Source: Nitrospirota bacterium
GTDB lineage: Bacteria > Nitrospirota > UBA9217
NCBI GenBank assembly: GCA_963751455.1
Contig: CAVVUN010000006.1
Coordinates: forward strand, 160,001 to 224,000
Length of the DNA stretch: 64,000 bases
Reading direction: 5' to 3'
Shown here: positions 58,615 to 64,000 of the stretch, piece after piece
Numbering within the stretch: the first letter of the stretch is position 1
How the letters are laid out: every line of letters starts with the position of its first letter
Program-made: the position numbers and the translations under genes
The notes under the pieces: model-generated
The model's database searches: none
What the model was told of the DNA's origin: nothing
The model's input: the letters and a program-made list of their open reading frames with translations, nothing else

Positions 58615-58818
58615 CCTCTACGCTCTGCTCTCTTCCCGCCGAAGGCATTGATCGTCCTCGTGCCTGCAGTGAACCGGCCATCATGAGGTACTCCCTGGGG
58701 GATATGATATTCCTGCCCTGCCTGAAGACTGATTTCCCGACCCTGGATGCCAAGCGTGTATTCGCCTTGAATCACGACGAAGTACTCGTCGAAAGGGTGA
58801 ACATGCTCTTTAGAAGCA
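58611..58818 (-). pseudogene. 5'-truncated cupin
   Basis: EHVHPFDEY..V.QG, IP.G.PH, RTI.AFGG.RA; the upstream sequence is a palindromic repeat, not coding. Confidence 0.65.
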
Positions 58819-58832
58819 CCAAACCAATGAAC

Positions 58833-58947
58833 AAACCAGCACCTTCGAACCGCGAAGGCGCGAAGGACGCCAAGAAAAGATTGATAATTTTGAATTCTTG
58901 ATTCATGATTTCCTTCGCGTTCTTTGCGCCATGGCGGCAAATGGTTT
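58833..58947. repeat. palindromic repeat built of CGC.AAG units
   Basis: Arms at 58850-58874 and 58913-58937 are 20/25 complementary; AT-rich loop. Confidence 0.7.
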
Positions 58948-59018
58948 TTGATTTTTGATTTGCTAAAAAAACTTGACTCTAAATTAAAGATCCTGGTTAG
59001 TAAAGTACTTTAAGGGCG

Positions 59019-59804
59019 CTAAAGCATCTTCTGCATCCAGACGATATCCACATTCTGCCCGAACTTTTTTAAGATCTTCCTGAACCGCCCGCACTCCCTG
59101 AACCCGTGCTTTCTGTGAAAAGCCACGCTTGCCGGATTAAGGGACGATATGTTCGCGAGCAGAGTGCGGACTCCGATCTTTTTCGCTTCTTGCTCGAGCG
59201 TCTGCAGGACCCTTGTTCCGAGCCCCTTTCGGGTATATTCCGGAAGGAAAAAGTACCCGGCTTCGGCTGCTTGATTAAAAGCGGGATAGGGATGATACTT
59301 TTTGAGAAACCCAAACCCGATGATTTTCTTGTCCGTAGTCTCGAGTACAAAAAACGCGTCACCATAAATTATCGTTTTAAGGAAGTCAAACAGCTTCCTG
59401 TCCAACGGCTTTTCAGGATAGGCGGCGAAACTGTGTTCGACATAATAATTAAAGATGGAAACAATCTGATCGCAATCCCGGTCGACAACCCTTCTGATGG
59501 AATAGTCCTCGTCGCGAGCCGCTGTCCTCTCGGTGCTTGTACTGAATTCAGTAAGCTCCTGTCTGATAAAGCATCCGGTTATGGTCCTGTAGACCTCCTC
59601 GGCGATATCGGGGCTGAGGCCAGCCTCTTGCGCCGTTGCCCTCGCTTTCTGGATTACCTGTTCAACGCGTTTCGGATCGCGAACTCCCTGCTCGTTTAAC
59701 TTGAGTTTACCCGCTCGTGATACATGCCTTGAGCGGCTCGCGAGAAGTCTGATAATCTCGGTGTCAATTTTATCTATTTCTCGCCGAATTTCTTCCAGCT
59801 CCAT
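59019..59804 (-). CDS. chorismate mutase (AroQ) domain fused to a YncA/Pat-like GNAT acetyltransferase
   Basis: LEEIR.EID.ID..II.LL..R, K, DP.R; then IFNYYV, N.AS..FH.K.GF.ECG, D.VWMQK. Confidence 0.85.
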   Translation of the reverse strand: MELEEIRREIDKIDTEIIRLLASRSRHVSRAGKLKLNEQGVRDPKRVEQVIQKARATAQEAGLSPDIAEEVYRTITGCFIRQELTEFSTSTERTAARDEDYSIRRVVDRDCDQIVSIFNYYVEHSFAAYPEKPLDRKLFDFLKTIIYGDAFFVLETTDKKIIGFGFLKKYHPYPAFNQAAEAGYFFLPEYTRKGLGTRVLQTLEQEAKKIGVRTLLANISSLNPASVAFHRKHGFRECGRFRKILKKFGQNVDIVWMQKML

Positions 59805-59808
59805 GGTT

Positions 59809-61681
59809 GATGAATTCGTAAGAAGTCAAACGGCGTAAAGTACCTTAAACTGCATAATCAGCGGCCGGAGACTGATCCAGCGCCCGATGGCGGCTGAAAC
59901 ATTCTGCACTCGTTCTTTGACAGCACAAAATAGCAATGAAAGGGCGGCTATGAGGGCCGATTCCTCTTCCTTTTCCCGTTTGCGGAATGCCGCCGCCCGG
60001 ATAATGTTGATTCCGGCAGCCTTCAAGTACGCGGCGAAGCTCACGGCGGACAGTCCTCGGACGCGCAAGTTCTTGAAGCCGGTTATTCGGTCAAGCTGAG
60101 ACATGGTTCCTTCGACCCCTGCACGGAAGCGGTACCTGTCCCGAAACTCGGGAGTGTCTTCCTGAGCCCGTCGCTGGGCCAGACGGATCGCTTTATCGTC
60201 GTATCGGAGATAGCGGCCCTTTTTGCCGGGCAGCGTCGGACATGTGTTTTTTCGGGAACAACCACGGCACGCTTTTTTTGAAAAGAGCGCGGAGTGATTG
60301 TCGTCTTTGCTCCGGGTTTTGAGAGGAGCGCGTCCCTCGGGGCATAAGGTGATTTCGTTTTCGCTGTTCATGGTGAATGCCGTGAATGGCACGCTGTCTT
60401 CGCCGAGGTTGCCCATGACCGGGGAAACGACTTCAACTCCCATGGTCTTTGCCTTCTCGCAGTTCTCGTCGCTGCCATAGGGGGTGTCGGCAATGACCGC
60501 TTCCGGTTTCAGACCCAACTTCTCCGTTGATTCGATAAGCGGAATAGTGGCATGGGTGTCGTGCTTGTGGGCAGGTTCTACGATCACACTGGTGATCAAA
60601 TTCAGGGTGTTGGTATCCTCGGACGTGCCGTAGCTTTCGGCGACCTGCACCTGGTAGCCCTTGCCCTTGTGGCCGTCATACCCGGCGTCGGGGTCGGAAG
60701 GGTTTTGCAGAGAATCGGAAGGCACGTCCTTGTTGGCCTTGACCGAGACCAGGGTTGTATGCGTATCAACGCGTTCCACGATGCATTGTTCCTTAAGCAG
60801 CCGGACAAGGAGCTGATAGGTGTTCATGGTGGTAATTGGCTCGTTTCCTCTGAACCGTTCCACCAGGCTGAACACGTCGTTGGCCAGCGTCCTTAGCGTG
60901 TTTATCGATTCCGAGGGTCTGACCATCGAGAAGACGGCATCTCCCTGTTTGGTCATGTACCGGTCGGTGATGGCCGTCTCTAATGATTCATAGAGGTCTT
61001 TATGGTGACGCTTGAGGTTCACCAGGAACTTCTTAATAGTCTTTACGAACAGGCCGAGCCGGCCCAAGTGGCGCATATTGGAGTAGATGTGGACCGAGTC
61101 GAAGCGCTGCTTGGCGACATCGACTTTGAATACATCGGCAAGCATCGTGACGACTTCTTCAAAGATAACTTGGTAGAGGTTCCGTTCGATCAGTAGGTCG
61201 CGCATGTTCCAGAGGGTCTTGGGGCTGACATAAGCGGCGGTGTCCGCCGCGCTTGTGATGTTCAGGGCATAATGCCACTGGAGATTATAGGCAAACTGGT
61301 CTACGGCTTCTTCGTCGGTCAGGTCGTTCATCTGCTGGAGGACCATGAGGCCGATCATGGAATAGAGTTCCTTGGTCGGCGCTCCGAAAACCGGATCGTA
61401 TTTTGAGAAAATTTTCTCGACTGGCAGCGTGGTAAGAATATGCTCCCGAAATACCTTTGCCCAGGACCCCTCGATGCGCTGTTTACGTTTAGGTCCCAGG
61501 AAGGGAAAGGGATCGAACATGTCGGGGGTTTTGTGATCCTTGATGTGGATCATTCTGGCTCCTTGATTGCGATAGGTGATGCTGTTGTGTATCACAAAAC
61601 CCCTTGTACTGCAAAGGAAATATGATGTTTTGCGCGATTTATTTTGGCTGAATCACGACAGTTCGTTCTTACGAGATCATC
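59809..61681 (-). mobile_element. complete insertion sequence (IS1182/IS5-like), 1873 bp, 16-bp TIRs, 6-bp target duplication ATGGTT
   Basis: GATGAATTCGTAAGAA vs GATGATCTCGTAAGAA (14/16); ATGGTT at 59803-59808 and 61682-61687. Confidence 0.9.
59826..61553 (-). CDS. DDE transposase
   Basis: RFDSVH, S..DPDA....K...Y, ADTPYG, Cys cluster, Y..RAGVE.T.S......G....RVRG; AAGGAG RBS. Confidence 0.92.
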   Translation of the reverse strand: MIHIKDHKTPDMFDPFPFLGPKRKQRIEGSWAKVFREHILTTLPVEKIFSKYDPVFGAPTKELYSMIGLMVLQQMNDLTDEEAVDQFAYNLQWHYALNITSAADTAAYVSPKTLWNMRDLLIERNLYQVIFEEVVTMLADVFKVDVAKQRFDSVHIYSNMRHLGRLGLFVKTIKKFLVNLKRHHKDLYESLETAITDRYMTKQGDAVFSMVRPSESINTLRTLANDVFSLVERFRGNEPITTMNTYQLLVRLLKEQCIVERVDTHTTLVSVKANKDVPSDSLQNPSDPDAGYDGHKGKGYQVQVAESYGTSEDTNTLNLITSVIVEPAHKHDTHATIPLIESTEKLGLKPEAVIADTPYGSDENCEKAKTMGVEVVSPVMGNLGEDSVPFTAFTMNSENEITLCPEGRAPLKTRSKDDNHSALFSKKACRGCSRKNTCPTLPGKKGRYLRYDDKAIRLAQRRAQEDTPEFRDRYRFRAGVEGTMSQLDRITGFKNLRVRGLSAVSFAAYLKAAGINIIRAAAFRKREKEEESALIAALSLLFCAVKERVQNVSAAIGRWISLRPLIMQFKVLYAV

Positions 61682-61723
61682 ATGGTTCACCCTCCGTCAA
61701 TTCCCGCTGAACTTTTCCTCCAC

Positions 61724-62125
61724 TTATTCGATCTGCAAATACATTCCCGGCGCATCCGCCTCTCGCATCCTGAATCCGAACTGTCCATAATAAGCCGCGC
61801 TGCCTCTTGCCGCCATCAAGCCCACGAACGCGCCCGGGCCGGCATGGGTCTCGATGTAATGCAATAAATCATCCATCAGCGCCTTCCCTACGCCTCTGCC
61901 CTGGTGTTCCGGATGGACCATTATATCCTGAATATAGAAGTAAAGCCCTCCGTCACCGATAACGCGGCCAAAGCCGATGACCCGGTCGTTCTTTATGGCG
62001 ACTGCGGAATACAGGGAATTCTTTAGAGCCGACTCTGTTGTCCTCTCATTGGTTAACGGCCATCCAACAGCATTCCTGAGTTCTGTGAATTCGAATACAG
62101 ATATGGATCTATTTTCGATATGCAT
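61724..62125 (-). CDS. GNAT acetyltransferase
   Basis: GFGRVIGDG, YIQD..VHPEHQGRGVG, YY..FGF. Confidence 0.9.
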   Translation of the reverse strand: MHIENRSISVFEFTELRNAVGWPLTNERTTESALKNSLYSAVAIKNDRVIGFGRVIGDGGLYFYIQDIMVHPEHQGRGVGKALMDDLLHYIETHAGPGAFVGLMAARGSAAYYGQFGFRMREADAPGMYLQIE

Positions 62126-62195
62126 ATAGGCACCGCCTTACATTTGTTCTTCACTGAGTACAGAGCCAACCTCCGTAATGCCACCTATGGCATCT

Positions 62196-62918
62196 TCACT
62201 TCCTCCCTCCGAACATCGTGAATATCCCGTTTTTGTAATAACAGTCCACATCTTTGAACCCGATCTGCTCCAGGGCATTCATCTGGTCCTTTAACGTGTC
62301 GGGTTTGTTTTCTTCCGCATCCTTGTAACTCCGAATAATACGGTCAAATCGATCATCTGCTATCCGAAGGTCCCATTTTCTTTCATCGATCCAGTCCTTC
62401 CAAAGAGAGAGGTACCACTGCTCAAGACCCTGTATGGGAGCAAGCACTACATCGATATTGAGAAAATAGCCTCCCTGGTTCAGAAGCTTGTAAATTTTCG
62501 CAAACAGCGCTTCCTTCTCTTTCATGGTCAAATGATGAATCGCCAGCGAAGAGGCTATAAAGTCGAATTTGCCGCGGACACCATTTTCCCGTATCATCTC
62601 CTGAAAGCTTGAACAGATGCAGCGGGGCCGAATCAAACCGCTCAGTCGTTCGCGCGCCTTCTGCAGCATGTCGCCTGAACCGTCGACAAGGGTGATTGAT
62701 ACAGCCTCATCGATCTCCGCGATAACGGACGCAACAATGCCGTCTCCGCATCCCAAATCCAGTATTTTCCGGCGAGTGCCGTTTTTTATGAAGTGGGCAT
62801 AGAATGACTGAAGGATCGAGAGCATGCGTCTTCGCTCGACGATAAAGACGTCGGCATTATCCCGGTATCCGCGGCTGAATTCCGGCTTTGCCCAGTTGGA
62901 TTTGTCGAACTCTGCCAT
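62196..62918 (-). CDS. class I SAM methyltransferase (CmoA-like)
   Basis: ILDLGCGDG, VDGS..ML, SSLAIHHL, L..GG.F.N.D. Confidence 0.9.
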   Translation of the reverse strand: MAEFDKSNWAKPEFSRGYRDNADVFIVERRRMLSILQSFYAHFIKNGTRRKILDLGCGDGIVASVIAEIDEAVSITLVDGSGDMLQKARERLSGLIRPRCICSSFQEMIRENGVRGKFDFIASSLAIHHLTMKEKEALFAKIYKLLNQGGYFLNIDVVLAPIQGLEQWYLSLWKDWIDERKWDLRIADDRFDRIIRSYKDAEENKPDTLKDQMNALEQIGFKDVDCYYKNGIFTMFGGRK

Positions 62919-62921
62919 GAT

Positions 62922-63965
62922 TTATCCTCGGCTTTTCCAGGCGACAACGGCTTCGATGATGCTCGACGCTGTTCCGGTTGGTATTACTTTATTAAGACGA
63001 AGGCCGGCATTCGCTAATAGTTCTTTATATTCGGCCTCCGTCCTCTCCCGCCCACCCAAGTTAGCCAGCATCATTAGGTCAAGAAGTTTGCCGAAAAACG
63101 GTTCGTTGCCGGGCGGAATTACCATCTCAATCAGCAAAAGTTTTGCATTAGGTGACATAGCATGACGACAATTCTTGAGAATTGTATGGGCGCGTTCGTC
63201 GTTCCAGTCATGCAGGATCGACGCCATAAGGTAGACGTCGCCGCTGGACGGAATATCTTTTAAGAAATCTCCGCCGATGCATTCGCATCTATTCGACACT
63301 CCCATATCTTCGAGTTTTTTTCTCGCCTCTTCCACAACGTTCGGCAGATCCAGGATGATCCCTCTCATGTTCGGGTATTTTTTCAAAAGTGCGGACATGA
63401 GTGCCCCATGACCGCCGCCGACGTCGACAATCTTCGATATCGTCGCAAAATCATACGCCGCCGCTACTGCGAGCCCGTTCATCGTTACGAAGCCCGTCAT
63501 GGCCTCGTTGAACAACCGACCGAGTTCTGGATGTTTTTGAAGAAAGTCGAAATATTCCATTCCGTGTACGTGACTGAACGCAGTCTCTCCGGTTTTAACG
63601 CTGTACAGGAGATGTCCCCATGCCTCCCAGCCCATTTCTTTTGCCACAATCACGTAGGGCCGCAGGGAACCGGAATCGCCGGTCGCGAGACATTTCCCCA
63701 TTGGGGTCAATGCAAAGCGCTGCGGTTCAACTTCGATAAAAAAGCCGACGCTGGCGAGTGCCCTGAGAAGGCGATAAAGTGCGCCTGGATCTGCACTGAC
63801 ACGAAGCGATAAATCGTCTACATTTCTCGGCTGATCGATTAGATGATCCGCGATACCAAGTTTGGCTACAGCATAGATGGCTGCCGAAACCCAAAAGCCC
63901 GACATCATCTGGAGAAGAGTAGTCGCAGGCGGAAGTGGCTGAGATTTATTTTCGCTGGAATCCAT
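62922..63965 (-). CDS. O-methyltransferase with dimerisation domain (Methyltransf_2)
   Basis: LGIADHL, RLLRALAS.G, VDVGGGHG, DLP.V, GDF, ILHDW.D, GRERT..EY..L. Confidence 0.93.
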   Translation of the reverse strand: MDSSENKSQPLPPATTLLQMMSGFWVSAAIYAVAKLGIADHLIDQPRNVDDLSLRVSADPGALYRLLRALASVGFFIEVEPQRFALTPMGKCLATGDSGSLRPYVIVAKEMGWEAWGHLLYSVKTGETAFSHVHGMEYFDFLQKHPELGRLFNEAMTGFVTMNGLAVAAAYDFATISKIVDVGGGHGALMSALLKKYPNMRGIILDLPNVVEEARKKLEDMGVSNRCECIGGDFLKDIPSSGDVYLMASILHDWNDERAHTILKNCRHAMSPNAKLLLIEMVIPPGNEPFFGKLLDLMMLANLGGRERTEAEYKELLANAGLRLNKVIPTGTASSIIEAVVAWKSRG

Positions 63966-64000
63966 CGTTCACCTCTATCTTGTACTAAATCCGGACAAAT

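Noticed and set aside
58611-58940. 109-aa ORF as a full gene
   Set aside because: The first ~40 residues derive from the palindromic repeat; only the C-terminal cupin part is genuine.
1-64000. rRNA, tRNA, prophage, reverse transcriptase/DGR or integron integrase
   Set aside because: No recognisable motifs for any of these were seen by eye.

Overview
64 kb of accessory-rich bacterial chromosome, almost all coded on the minus strand. The gene content looks like Nitrospirota or Desulfobacterota, which is an inference only. Many single-base indels look like long-read error. No rRNA, tRNA or CRISPR array was seen. The main candidate new system is at 4.4-16.4 kb: TonB-dependent receptor, an unannotated 33-aa Cys-Cys precursor peptide, a radical SAM/SPASM maturase, a periplasmic binding protein, a HAMP/PAS histidine kinase and a REC-HTH-HTH response regulator, followed by a CHASE-PAS-GAF-GAF-HD-GYP phosphodiesterase and a REC-PilZ protein. 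Both transcription units carry a near-identical lux-box-like palindrome (CT-N12-AG core) exactly 22 nt upstream of a -10 hexamer. This suggests an autoinducing modified-peptide signalling circuit wired to c-di-GMP. Also present: a PhcB-like methyltransferase next to a membrane hybrid kinase (28.4-31.9 kb); two type II TA pairs, one fused behind a truncated DUF499-like ATPase; an ECF sigma with a candidate target promoter; degenerate attC-like sites (35-41 kb); a MocR-linked amino-acid gene run with a Ser/Ser DapF variant; one intact IS; and several MITE/REP families, including four copies of a 166-bp IS66-type MITE with 8-bp target duplications.
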